Shown here piece by piece: positions 33,531 to 43,244 of a stretch of DNA of 64,000 nt (within the stretch, counting starts at the first letter, position 1; each line of letters starts with the position of its first letter). The stretch lies in NCBI GenBank assembly GCA_964542975.1, contig CAZIVW010000006.1:22937-86936 (forward strand), given 5' to 3'. The position numbers and the translations under genes are program-made. Source of the stretch: an uncultured Sphingopyxis sp. (lineage in GTDB: Bacteria > Pseudomonadota > Alphaproteobacteria > Sphingomonadales > Sphingomonadaceae). The notes beneath the pieces are model-generated. The model saw only the letters and a program-made list of their open reading frames with translations, did not search any database and was not told the DNA's origin.

Positions 33531-36500
33531 ATGCGTTCCACTTTATTGGCTTCTACCTGCCTCATCGCGTTTATATCCGCACCGGCCTTGGCCGAAACCA
33601 GCATCAGCACCGCAACGACAACGCCGGTTAACACCGCCACCATCAACTCCGGCAACCCCGACGATTTGAAAATTACCAGCGCAGGGTCGATCAAGCCCAC
33701 CACGGGCACCGCTGTCACCATCAACAGCAACCATAAAGTCGTCAATGAAGGCACGATTGAAACCACCAATGTCGATGGTTCGCGCGGCATCGTCGCCAAT
33801 GATGGCGTGAACAGCGGCATCACCAATGGCACGACCGGCAAAATCAACCTGACCGAAAGCTATGCCCCAACCGACAGCGACAATGACGGCGACTTGGATG
33901 GCGCTTTTGCGGTCGGCACCAACCGTATCGGCATTGAAACCGTTGGGGCCTTCACCGGCAATATCACCAACAATGGCAGCATCACCATCAAGGGCAATAA
34001 CAGCGCTGGCATTGTGGCCGATGGCCCGTTGACCGGAAAATTTGTCAATGACGGGACGATTTCTGTCACGGGCGACAATGCTTTGGGCGTTGGACTGAGC
34101 GACGTCACCGGCAACGTCCGTTTGGCAGGAACCATCACCGCAAGCGGCCAAAATTCCACGGCAGCCCGCCTGTCCGGCGACATCAATGGTGCGTTGGAAG
34201 TGCAAGGCAATCTGACCTCGTCAGGCTATCGTTACACCACCGCCCCCACCGACCCCAGCAAGCTGGACGCCGATGATCTGTTGGCTGGCGGCCCCGCTTT
34301 GTGGATCGAAGGCGATGTGACGGGCGGCATCATCTTGGCCGTTCCGCCGACGACGGGCGACAGCAGCAGCACCGACAAAGACGCCGACGGCATTGAAGAC
34401 AGCAAAGAAGGCAGCGCGGCCGTGCGCTCTTATGGCGAAGCGCCCGCAATGCGCATCGGCTCCAACGACCGTGACGTGACCATTGGCGCGGTGGCGGGCA
34501 CTGGCACCGGCTTTGGCGTCATCATCGACGGCACCGTTGCTGGCATGGGCGTTTATGCGGGCAAAAACGCCACGGGCCTGCAAATCGGCGGCATGGACGG
34601 CGATGTCACCATCGCGGGCGGCCTCGGCATCAGCGGCGGCGTTGGCGCGCAATCCAAGGATGCAGCCGCCACCGCCATTTTGATTGGCGATAATGCAAGC
34701 CTGCCCGAAATCCGCAACAGCGGCAAAATCGAATCCGTCACGGGCGGCAAAGCCGCATCCTCCATTGCCACCGGCATTTTGGTGGACAGCGGCGCGTCGC
34801 TGGGCACCATCAGCAACAGCGGCAGCATCACGGCGAAAACTGGCGGCGAAGCGGGCACGGCGGCCGCCATCGTCGACCGTTCGGGCAGCGTGACGTTGGT
34901 GCAAAACAGTGGCCTGATCAGCGCAACGGGCGCACCCAGCGATTCTGGCCGCAACATTGCCATCGACCTGAGCGCCAACACCAGCGGCGCGACCATTCGT
35001 CAAACCGCCGTGGCCAGCGACAAAACCGCGCCGTCGATTACCGGCGATGTCAAATTTGGCACCGGCAATGATATTTTCGACATTTTGGACGGCAGCGTCA
35101 CGGGCAACACCAGCTTTGGTGCAGGCAATAACAGCCTGAAACTGTCGGGCGATGCGGTGCTGACTGGCATTAGCAGCTTTGGCGGCGGCGATGACGCGGT
35201 GACCATCGCTGGCACATCGCGCCACATCGGCAATATCGACTTTGGCGGCGGCAGCGACACGCTGGGCATCACCGACACCGGTGTTTTTTCGGGCAGCTTG
35301 ACCAACGCGACGGGCCTTGCGGCTAGCGTTGCGGGCGGCATTTTTGACGTCAAGGGCAATGCCAGCATCGCGTCGCTGGCTGTCACGGGCGGCGGCACGC
35401 TGGGCGTCACCTTGGGCGGTCCTTCGGACACCAATATCACCGTATCGGGCAACGCCAGCTTTGCGGATAACAGCAAATTATTGCTGCAATTGTCCAGCAT
35501 CGAAGAAGGCGAAGGCCAGCATATTGTGCTGACCGCAGGCAGCATCACAGGCGGCGACAAGCTGACCACATCCACCGACATGCTGCCCTTCCTTTACAAG
35601 GGCACATTGACCCACAACAGCACCCAATTGATCGTCGATGTGGCACGCAAAGACACGGACGAACTGGGTCTGAACCGTTCGGAAAGCACCGCTTTTGACG
35701 CGATCATCGACGCGGCGGCCAATGACGATATGGTGGAATCAACCATTTTGGGCATTCGCGATGGCACCAGCTTCCGCGCAAAATTGGGGCAAATGCTGCC
35801 CGAACATGAAGGCGGCGTCTTTGAAACCGTCACCACCGGTTCGCGCGCCCTCGCCCGCGTTCTGCAAGACCCGACAGCCCCCTATAAAGACCAAGGCAAA
35901 TGGGGCTATTACATCAGCCAAATCGTCTGGGGTTCGTCCAAAAATGTCGGCGACACAGCGGGTTACAAGGTCAGCGGTTGGGGCATTAGCTTGGGCGGCG
36001 AAATTCGCACCGACATCGGCAATTTCGGCGGTTCGGTTGCCTATCTGGCGGGCAAGGACGGCAACCGCGCCAATGCCAATGAAGTGACGTCCAACCAATG
36101 GGAAGGCGCGCTGCACTGGCGCTTGGCCAGCAATGGTTTCCAAGCCTTTGCCCGTGTTTCAGGCGCGCCGGTCAGCCTTAAGGGCACCCGTATTTTTGAC
36201 GGCACCTCCGGCGGCATGGCAACGGAAAAGACCATCAAGGGCAAATGGGACGCCACCTTATATTCCGCAGCAGGCGGCGTGGCCTATGATGGCAAGCTGG
36301 GCGGCATGACCCTGCGTCCTGCCGTGTCGGTTGATTATTACAAATTGTCCGAAGATGATTATCAAGAAAGCGGCGGCGGCGATGCTTTGGACCTCAAGGT
36401 CTTGGGCCGCGACAGCGATGAACTGGCCGTCAATGGCACGGTAACGCTGGGCCTAAACTTTGGCGGCAACGATGAATATGCTGGCTGGACCCGCTTCGAA

Positions 36501-36734
36501 CTAGAAGGTGGGCGTCGTCAGATTGTTGGCGGCGAATTGGGCCAGACCACCGCATCGTTCAAGGATGGCGATCCCTTCACCCTGACCGCTGCCGATCGCA
36601 CGTCCGGCTGGATTGGCCGTCTGCGCGGTTTGGCTGGCAACAGCGCCTTCCAAGTCGGCGGCGAAGTGTCGGCCGAAGAACAGCAGGGCCGTGTGGCATG
36701 GGGCTTCCGCGCCAGCCTGCGTATGGGCCTGTAA
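33531..36734 (+). CDS. Autotransporter-like outer-membrane protein
   Basis: Signal peptide, G/T/N-rich beta-helix passenger, C-terminal beta-barrel. Confidence 0.85.
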   Translation: MRSTLLASTCLIAFISAPALAETSISTATTTPVNTATINSGNPDDLKITSAGSIKPTTGTAVTINSNHKVVNEGTIETTNVDGSRGIVANDGVNSGITNGTTGKINLTESYAPTDSDNDGDLDGAFAVGTNRIGIETVGAFTGNITNNGSITIKGNNSAGIVADGPLTGKFVNDGTISVTGDNALGVGLSDVTGNVRLAGTITASGQNSTAARLSGDINGALEVQGNLTSSGYRYTTAPTDPSKLDADDLLAGGPALWIEGDVTGGIILAVPPTTGDSSSTDKDADGIEDSKEGSAAVRSYGEAPAMRIGSNDRDVTIGAVAGTGTGFGVIIDGTVAGMGVYAGKNATGLQIGGMDGDVTIAGGLGISGGVGAQSKDAAATAILIGDNASLPEIRNSGKIESVTGGKAASSIATGILVDSGASLGTISNSGSITAKTGGEAGTAAAIVDRSGSVTLVQNSGLISATGAPSDSGRNIAIDLSANTSGATIRQTAVASDKTAPSITGDVKFGTGNDIFDILDGSVTGNTSFGAGNNSLKLSGDAVLTGISSFGGGDDAVTIAGTSRHIGNIDFGGGSDTLGITDTGVFSGSLTNATGLAASVAGGIFDVKGNASIASLAVTGGGTLGVTLGGPSDTNITVSGNASFADNSKLLLQLSSIEEGEGQHIVLTAGSITGGDKLTTSTDMLPFLYKGTLTHNSTQLIVDVARKDTDELGLNRSESTAFDAIIDAAANDDMVESTILGIRDGTSFRAKLGQMLPEHEGGVFETVTTGSRALARVLQDPTAPYKDQGKWGYYISQIVWGSSKNVGDTAGYKVSGWGISLGGEIRTDIGNFGGSVAYLAGKDGNRANANEVTSNQWEGALHWRLASNGFQAFARVSGAPVSLKGTRIFDGTSGGMATEKTIKGKWDATLYSAAGGVAYDGKLGGMTLRPAVSVDYYKLSEDDYQESGGGDALDLKVLGRDSDELAVNGTVTLGLNFGGNDEYAGWTRFELEGGRRQIVGGELGQTTASFKDGDPFTLTAADRTSGWIGRLRGLAGNSAFQVGGEVSAEEQQGRVAWGFRASLRMGL

Positions 36735-37028
36735 ATCGCGATGCGCGGCGCGCCAGATAAATGGGCAGCCCCCACCCCGGGGCCGCTTTATCGGCGCGTC
36801 TTGCAACATCGGTTGACGGCACCCGCCAATCGGGTGCCGTCAACCGCGACGGACATATTTCAACAGGGCCAGCAACAGGGGCAACGGCATGGACGGTTGC
36901 GTGCCAATGGCGCTGCGTTATATATCAGGAAAAGACAGGGGCGCGTTGCGCTCTTGGATCTTGAATGCCGCAAAATGGGTGTGCTCGTCTATTTTATCGC
37001 CCAGATCGGACCAACAAGCGAAGCCTCT

Positions 37029-37553
37029 ATGACTGACGCGCCATCTGATCATGAAACGCCGCCGAATATTACCCATATTCTGCTGAGCCAGCGCAGCCGG
37101 ATTTTGCATTTCTTGCGCCTGCGCGGCGCGGGTGACGCGGCAGAGGATGTGTATCAGGAATTGTGGATGCGGCTCAGCCACCGCGCCATGGACCAAATCG
37201 CCGATCCGGCATCCTATGTGATGCGCGCGGCCAATAATCTGATGCTGGACCGTTTTCGTTCCAATCGCCAACGCGAATTGCGCGATGCCGCATGGAACGA
37301 CCTGTCCGCAACGACCGAGGCCAGCGCGGAAAACCGCGTCATCGCGCGCCAACAATTGCACCGGATCAACGCGGCCATTAACGGCGTTGGTTCGCGCCCC
37401 GCCCATATTTTCCGCCGTTTCCGACTGGACGGCATCCACCAAAAAGATATCGCCACCGAATTGGGCATCAGCATCAGCACGGTCGAAGCGGATCTTCGCA
37501 AAATATATGCAGCCATTGCTGCGACAAGGAGGCAGTTTGATGCCCCACAATGA
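37029..37553 (+). CDS. FecI-like ECF sigma factor
   Basis: AEDVYQELW, ANNLMLD, IATELGISISTVE; overlaps fecR. Confidence 0.85.
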   Translation: MTDAPSDHETPPNITHILLSQRSRILHFLRLRGAGDAAEDVYQELWMRLSHRAMDQIADPASYVMRAANNLMLDRFRSNRQRELRDAAWNDLSATTEASAENRVIARQQLHRINAAINGVGSRPAHIFRRFRLDGIHQKDIATELGISISTVEADLRKIYAAIAATRRQFDAPQ

Positions 37554-38562
37554 AGGCATAGCCCATGCGGCAGCGGCCAATAATTGGCTGATCCGCCAGC
37601 GCGACCCCGATTTTGCCGATTGGGACGATTTCATCTCTTGGCTCGAAGCCGATCCAGCCCATGCCGCCATTTATGACGAATTGGCGTTGCTGGACCATCG
37701 CTTGGATGACCTAGCCGACCTCGCCGATGCCCCAGAAAGCAACATGGTCGGCAGCATGGAACCATCCACTGGCGGCCATGCGGCTTCCCGCGCCATCTCC
37801 GCCGCCGCCGCCACCGCCGCTAATGACGATGGTCGGGGCCGCTGGTCATCATCGCGCCGCTGGTTTGGCGGGGCCTTGGCCGCCGCCCTTATCGCGGCCA
37901 TCGCCATTCCAAACCTCGCCCCCCTGCTGGACCGCGATGTCCGCCGCATCGAAACCGCTGCCGGACAGCAAGAAAGCATTACCTTGGCCGATGGGTCGCG
38001 CATCGACATCAATGGCGACAGCGTGCTGGAACTGGTGGAAAACCGTCCACGCTATGCCCGCTTGACCAGTGGCGAGGCCATGTTCCATATCGTCCATCGG
38101 GATGATGAACCTTTTTTGGTCGAAACACAGGGTGCCAATATTTTGGACTTGGGAACAGCCTTTAACGTCAAGCGCCAAAATGGCGAGACGACAGTTGCCG
38201 TGTCCGAAGGCGTGGTGGTGTTTAACCCCAAAAGCGACAATGTAAAAATGCGCGCTGGTCAGGCCTTGGTTGCGCCGGACAAGCGCCAAGGCCGGTTGCG
38301 GACGAAATCCGTGGACGTCGCCGCCGTCGGCGGTTGGCGCGACGGATTGCTGGTTTATAATGGCGCGCCCTTGTCCCAAGTGGCGGCCGATTTGCACCGC
38401 ACCACGGGCATGGATGTCAGCGTATCGGTGGACGCAGCGGACATTAATTTTCGCGGTGCCTTAAGCATTTCGACCGACAGCCAGCAAACGATCGAAGATT
38501 TGGCGGCGCTGTCCGGCACAAGGGCGCTGAAACAGGGACGTGGATGGATGTTGTCCCGCTGA
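37540..38562 (+). CDS. FecR-family anti-sigma/sensor
   Basis: AANNWLIR...WL, TM, LADGSRIDIN, GEAMF, DLGTAFNV, VSEG. Confidence 0.9.
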   Translation: MPHNEGIAHAAAANNWLIRQRDPDFADWDDFISWLEADPAHAAIYDELALLDHRLDDLADLADAPESNMVGSMEPSTGGHAASRAISAAAATAANDDGRGRWSSSRRWFGGALAAALIAAIAIPNLAPLLDRDVRRIETAAGQQESITLADGSRIDINGDSVLELVENRPRYARLTSGEAMFHIVHRDDEPFLVETQGANILDLGTAFNVKRQNGETTVAVSEGVVVFNPKSDNVKMRAGQALVAPDKRQGRLRTKSVDVAAVGGWRDGLLVYNGAPLSQVAADLHRTTGMDVSVSVDAADINFRGALSISTDSQQTIEDLAALSGTRALKQGRGWMLSR

Positions 38563-41039
38563 GCATAATTTTCCGCCTTGCCGCCACCACCATATTCATG
38601 TCGCCTTTGGTGGCAGGGACGTTGTCGGCCCAAGAAATGCGGCAATTTAACGTCGCCGCTGGGCCGCTATCCACCACTATTCCCAGCATTTCTCGCCAAG
38701 CGGCGGTCAGCATCAGCGTCACCGACGCGCGGCTATGGTCGCTGCCCGCCCGGCCCGTTTCCGGCAAAATGCCGGTCGAACAGGCGCTCAAAAAATGGCT
38801 GCGCGGCACTGGTGCCCGCGCGGTGCGTGTCACGGACAGCAGTTGGCGGATTGAACCCGCCCCCATGGTTCGCCGCCGCCCCGCCCCGCCCCACGCCGCC
38901 CCAATCCAAGCCGAAAAACATCAGGCATCGCGGGCCGAAGCGCCAGTTCAAGACATTGTCGTGACCGGCAGCAAAGCCCAAATACCTTATTCGCATTTTG
39001 CCGGCACAGTGACGTTGATCGACGCTGATGATTTGGAATTTGGTTCCGAACGCGGCATGGACGGCATCATGCGCCACACAGCCAGCCTGTCGTCGACGCA
39101 TTTCGGGTCGGGGCGCAACAAGCTGTTCATACGCGGCATCGCCGACAGCAGCTTTACCGGCCCGACACAAAGCACGGTCGGCCAATATTTGGGGGACTTG
39201 CGCCTCAGCTATAACGCGCCCGATCCCGACCTGCGCCTCTATGATCTGGACGGCGTTGAAGTGATTGAGGGGCCGCAAGGCACGCTATACGGCGCGGGGT
39301 CGCTGGGCGGTATCATCCGCATGGTCCCCCAAGCACCGGTCAGCGACGCCCTGGAAATACGGGCCATTGCGGGCGGCAGCATCACCCAGCATGGCCAGCC
39401 CGGCGGCGATATTGCGGCCATCGCCAATATTCCCTTTGGCGATCCCGACACGGGCCAAGGCCATGCCCTGCGCGCCGTGGGATATATGATTTCCGAGGGC
39501 GGCTATATCGACAATGACCAGCTCGGCCAAACCGACGTCAACCGCACCCATATTCGCGGCGGCCGTGCCACGCTGCGTTTGGTGCCCAGCGAACGCTTTT
39601 TGGTGGATATTGGCGGAGTCTATCAACATATCCGCGCTGACGACGCGCAATATGCCGATCGCGGCACCGACCTCCTCACCCGCAACAGCCCCATCGTCCA
39701 AGGATCAAGCGCCCGCTATGCGATGGCCAATTTGGTGCTGACCCGCGAAATGGGCGATTATGAACTGCGCAGCAGCCACGGCTATGTGCAGCATGATTTG
39801 GACGAACGTTTTGACGCCAGCCCAGATGGCCATAGCGCCCAAGCGCTCAACCAACGCAATCGCACGCGCATGTGGGTCAGCGAAACCCGCCTATCCCGCC
39901 CCTTTTACGACAATTTTGGATGGGTATTGGGCACCAGCTTCACCCACAACCAAGCCCGCCAGCAACGCGAAACCGAAAGCAGCACCCTGCGCACCCCCGT
40001 AACCGGTGTCCGCAACAATGTCAGCGAATGGACCGCCTTTGGCAATGCCACCTATGCCATCACCCCCGATTTGGTGGCATCAGGCGGGCTGCGCCTGTCG
40101 CACAGCAAATTAAGCGGTCAGGCCGAGGATATCAGCCACGCTTTGTCGGCGGCATCGCGGGCGATCACGGCCAGCCGCACCGAAACGGATTTGCTAACCA
40201 CCGCATCCTTGATGCATGCCGTGGGTCCGGGCCTGCGCGTTTACATCAGCTATGCACAGGGGTTCCGCCCCGGCGGTCTGGCAATTGACCGCAATTTTGT
40301 GCGCCGTTTTCGCCACGACCGCGTGGACACATGGGAAGCGGGGGTGCGCTTTTCCGATTTGCTGATGCGTCAGCTTGATGCCAGTCTGTCGATATCCCAT
40401 AATCGCTGGCGCGACATTCAGGCGGATTTCATTGACGGCAATGGCTTTCCCACCACCGCCAATATCGGCAATGGCCGCATCACCAGCCTGTCCGCCGCGC
40501 TGACGGTGCGCGCCACGCCCCAATTCACCATCGAAGTCTCCGGCCTTTACAATAGCAGCCGCGTCGACACTTTATCACCCGAAGCCAATGGCTTGTTGGC
40601 GCAGATGGCCGAACGTTTTGCGCAATCCTTGCCATTGGGGGTCGCGGCCATAACGCCGCCGCCGCCTGTTGATCAGAACAGGCCCACCGACACGATCCGC
40701 ATTCCCAATGTCGCCAGCCACAGCCTGCGCGCCGCCATTACCTATGCCACCAGCATTGGCGATCAGGATTTACGCTTTAATGGCTGGGCGCAATATATCG
40801 GCCCATCGCGATTGGGAATTGGGCCAGTGCTGGGGCACAAACAGGGCGATTATGTCGATGGCGGCCTTGCCATGCGCTATGGCACGGACAAACGCGCCTT
40901 CACGGTGACTTTAACCAATCCGCTGGACGCACGGGGCAATCGTTTTGCGCTCGGCACCCCCTTTCGCGATACCGATCGCGGTTTCATCACCCCGCTTCGC
41001 CCGCGCACATTGCGGATCGCCGTTGAAATGGCCTATTAA
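38544..41039 (+). CDS. TonB-dependent receptor with N-terminal signalling domain
   Basis: STN-like N-terminus, IVVTG, VEVIEGPQGTLYGAGSLGG, C-terminal PRTL. Confidence 0.9.
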   Translation: MDVVPLSIIFRLAATTIFMSPLVAGTLSAQEMRQFNVAAGPLSTTIPSISRQAAVSISVTDARLWSLPARPVSGKMPVEQALKKWLRGTGARAVRVTDSSWRIEPAPMVRRRPAPPHAAPIQAEKHQASRAEAPVQDIVVTGSKAQIPYSHFAGTVTLIDADDLEFGSERGMDGIMRHTASLSSTHFGSGRNKLFIRGIADSSFTGPTQSTVGQYLGDLRLSYNAPDPDLRLYDLDGVEVIEGPQGTLYGAGSLGGIIRMVPQAPVSDALEIRAIAGGSITQHGQPGGDIAAIANIPFGDPDTGQGHALRAVGYMISEGGYIDNDQLGQTDVNRTHIRGGRATLRLVPSERFLVDIGGVYQHIRADDAQYADRGTDLLTRNSPIVQGSSARYAMANLVLTREMGDYELRSSHGYVQHDLDERFDASPDGHSAQALNQRNRTRMWVSETRLSRPFYDNFGWVLGTSFTHNQARQQRETESSTLRTPVTGVRNNVSEWTAFGNATYAITPDLVASGGLRLSHSKLSGQAEDISHALSAASRAITASRTETDLLTTASLMHAVGPGLRVYISYAQGFRPGGLAIDRNFVRRFRHDRVDTWEAGVRFSDLLMRQLDASLSISHNRWRDIQADFIDGNGFPTTANIGNGRITSLSAALTVRATPQFTIEVSGLYNSSRVDTLSPEANGLLAQMAERFAQSLPLGVAAITPPPPVDQNRPTDTIRIPNVASHSLRAAITYATSIGDQDLRFNGWAQYIGPSRLGIGPVLGHKQGDYVDGGLAMRYGTDKRAFTVTLTNPLDARGNRFALGTPFRDTDRGFITPLRPRTLRIAVEMAY

Positions 41040-41115
41040 TCCCACCATAAACCGCCCGACCGGCGCAATCATTGCTAGAGCTTTTGGCCCAGCCTCCCTA
41101 TGATAAGCATGGAAT

Positions 41116-42687
41116 ATGGAGGTTGATTTGAACATCATCAGCACAGCCCGCCTGCAATCGCCCATGCGGATCGCTGGCGCAGCCGCGGCTATTTTGCTGA
41201 CCATCGCTGCTTGTTCCGTCTTTGAACCCAAGGGTCCCGTCCGCATTGCGGCCATCGGCACGCTGCAAATGGATGTCACCCCCACCAAAGGGCCTTTGTC
41301 CCTGCCGTCCGCTACCTATTTGGATGCCACCGCACAGGGGCTGGTCAGCTTTGACGCCGATGGGCAAATCGAACCGGGCCTTGCTGAACGCTGGACCGTC
41401 ACCACCGACGGGCGCAGCTATATCTTCCGCATTCGCGAGGCCAAATGGCCCAATGGCCGCAAAGTAACCGCACAGCAGGTCGCAACAATTTTGCAATCCT
41501 ATCTGCGTCCATCCAGCCGCCACCCCCTGAAAGATGATTTCTCGGAGGTGGAGGATATCCACGCCATGACCGACAGCGTGGTGGAAATCCGCTTGCGCTT
41601 GCCCCAACCCATGTTGCTGGAACTTTTGGCCCAGCCCAGCATGGCGATGGTCGCAAGCCGCCCCGCCCGCGCCAGCGATAAAGGCAGCAACGGCGGCTGG
41701 GATCGTGGCTGGGGCCCGATGCGCGTCCAGCCCCGTGGCAAGGCCTTGGTCTTTTACCCCGCGCCCGACCCGCTGGACGACGAAGCAGACGGGCCGCGCC
41801 ATCCTGACGCCGATGAAAACAGCCACCGCACCGTCGAAATGGTCGGCGTCACCGCGCCGCGCGCCTTGGCCCGCTTTAAAAATGGCTATGCGGACGCCGT
41901 GATTGGCGGGCGTTTTTCGTCCCTGCCCTATTTCCATTCCACCGGCATTGCCCGTTCGCGTTTATTGGTGGACCCGACGTCGGGCCTATTTGGCTTGGCC
42001 TTTCAAACGACCGATGGTTTTTGGGCGGTGCCCGAACATCGCATGGCGCTGTCGTCCATCATCCGCCGTGACCGTTTGATCGAGGCCTTTGGCATCACGG
42101 ATTGGACCAGCCAAATCAGCCTGCGTCCGCCTGTCGCGGAACGCAGCGGTTTGCCGCCGCCCGCGCTGCCCATTTGGGCGAATGAAGACGACAGTGCGCG
42201 CCTTGGCCATATGCAGCGCCTGATCGCGCAATGGACGGGCCTTGGCCGCGACATTGCGCCCTTGCGCATCGCCCTGCCCGACAGCCCGGGGGCGACCATC
42301 CTATTCGGTTATATCGCTTCCGACCTAAGCCGCGCAGGCTTGGAAGTTCAGCGAGTGGCTGCCAACGCCGCACCCGACCTGACGTTAATCGACGAAGTCG
42401 CCCCCAATGACGACATCATCTGGCCGCTGCGCCGCTTGTCGTGCCGCCGCGATACTTTGTGCAACACGGCCATCCATGACCATATCGCCTTGGCCAACAA
42501 TGAAACCGATAATCTGCAACGCCTCACCCTGATCGCGGATGCCGAGGCGGATATGCTGCGCGAAGCCTCTTTCATCCCGCTGGCGTCTCCGCTGCGTTGG
42601 TCGGTGGCAAATTTGCGCTTTACCGGTATCCGGCCCAATGCACGTGCGCATCACCCATTGAATCGGATGATCAGCGAAACCAAATAA
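41116..42687 (+). CDS. ABC transporter substrate-binding lipoprotein (family 5), orphan
   Basis: Lipobox IAAC, GLVSFD...PGLAERW...DGRSYIFRIR. Confidence 0.85.
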   Translation: MEVDLNIISTARLQSPMRIAGAAAAILLTIAACSVFEPKGPVRIAAIGTLQMDVTPTKGPLSLPSATYLDATAQGLVSFDADGQIEPGLAERWTVTTDGRSYIFRIREAKWPNGRKVTAQQVATILQSYLRPSSRHPLKDDFSEVEDIHAMTDSVVEIRLRLPQPMLLELLAQPSMAMVASRPARASDKGSNGGWDRGWGPMRVQPRGKALVFYPAPDPLDDEADGPRHPDADENSHRTVEMVGVTAPRALARFKNGYADAVIGGRFSSLPYFHSTGIARSRLLVDPTSGLFGLAFQTTDGFWAVPEHRMALSSIIRRDRLIEAFGITDWTSQISLRPPVAERSGLPPPALPIWANEDDSARLGHMQRLIAQWTGLGRDIAPLRIALPDSPGATILFGYIASDLSRAGLEVQRVAANAAPDLTLIDEVAPNDDIIWPLRRLSCRRDTLCNTAIHDHIALANNETDNLQRLTLIADAEADMLREASFIPLASPLRWSVANLRFTGIRPNARAHHPLNRMISETK

Positions 42688-42721
42688 GATGTTCCGCACC
42701 CCAGCGGTGGTCCAAGGATGA

Positions 42722-43150
42722 ATGATGATGGCGCAAATTCCGCCCAATGCAGACATGATGTTCGATGCCATGATGGCCAACAGCAAAGACCCTGCTGTCA
42801 TTTTGAAACGGCTGGAAACGCTGGAGTTTATGCTGGAACGCAGCTTCACCCTGCCCGGCATCAACCGCGCCGTGGGCCTTGATGCCATTATTGGCTTGGT
42901 GCCTGTCATCGGCGATTTTATCTCCGCCGCCATTGGCAGCTATTTGGTCTGGGAAGCGCGCAATTTGGGCCTGCCCAAATGGAAAATCGCCCGCATGATG
43001 GCCCATATCGGCATTGATACCGCGCTGGGTGCCGTGCCTTTTATCGGCGATGCCTTTGACGTGATGTACCGTTCCAACAGCCGCAATTTGAAAATCATCA
43101 AAAGCCATTTGCATAAACATCATCCATCCACGGTGATTATTGACCAATAA
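42722..43150 (+). CDS. DUF4112 membrane protein
   Basis: GLDAIIGLVPVIGD, GAVPFIGDAFD...SNSRN. Confidence 0.88.
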   Translation: MMMAQIPPNADMMFDAMMANSKDPAVILKRLETLEFMLERSFTLPGINRAVGLDAIIGLVPVIGDFISAAIGSYLVWEARNLGLPKWKIARMMAHIGIDTALGAVPFIGDAFDVMYRSNSRNLKIIKSHLHKHHPSTVIIDQ

Positions 43151-43244
43151 GGCCGATCCCATTCGACGAACGTCATGAGAAAGGCCTAGGCGCTAGATCA
43201 TTTCATATGTTACCGCTTCATCAAATTTTTTAATGGAGATGTGA

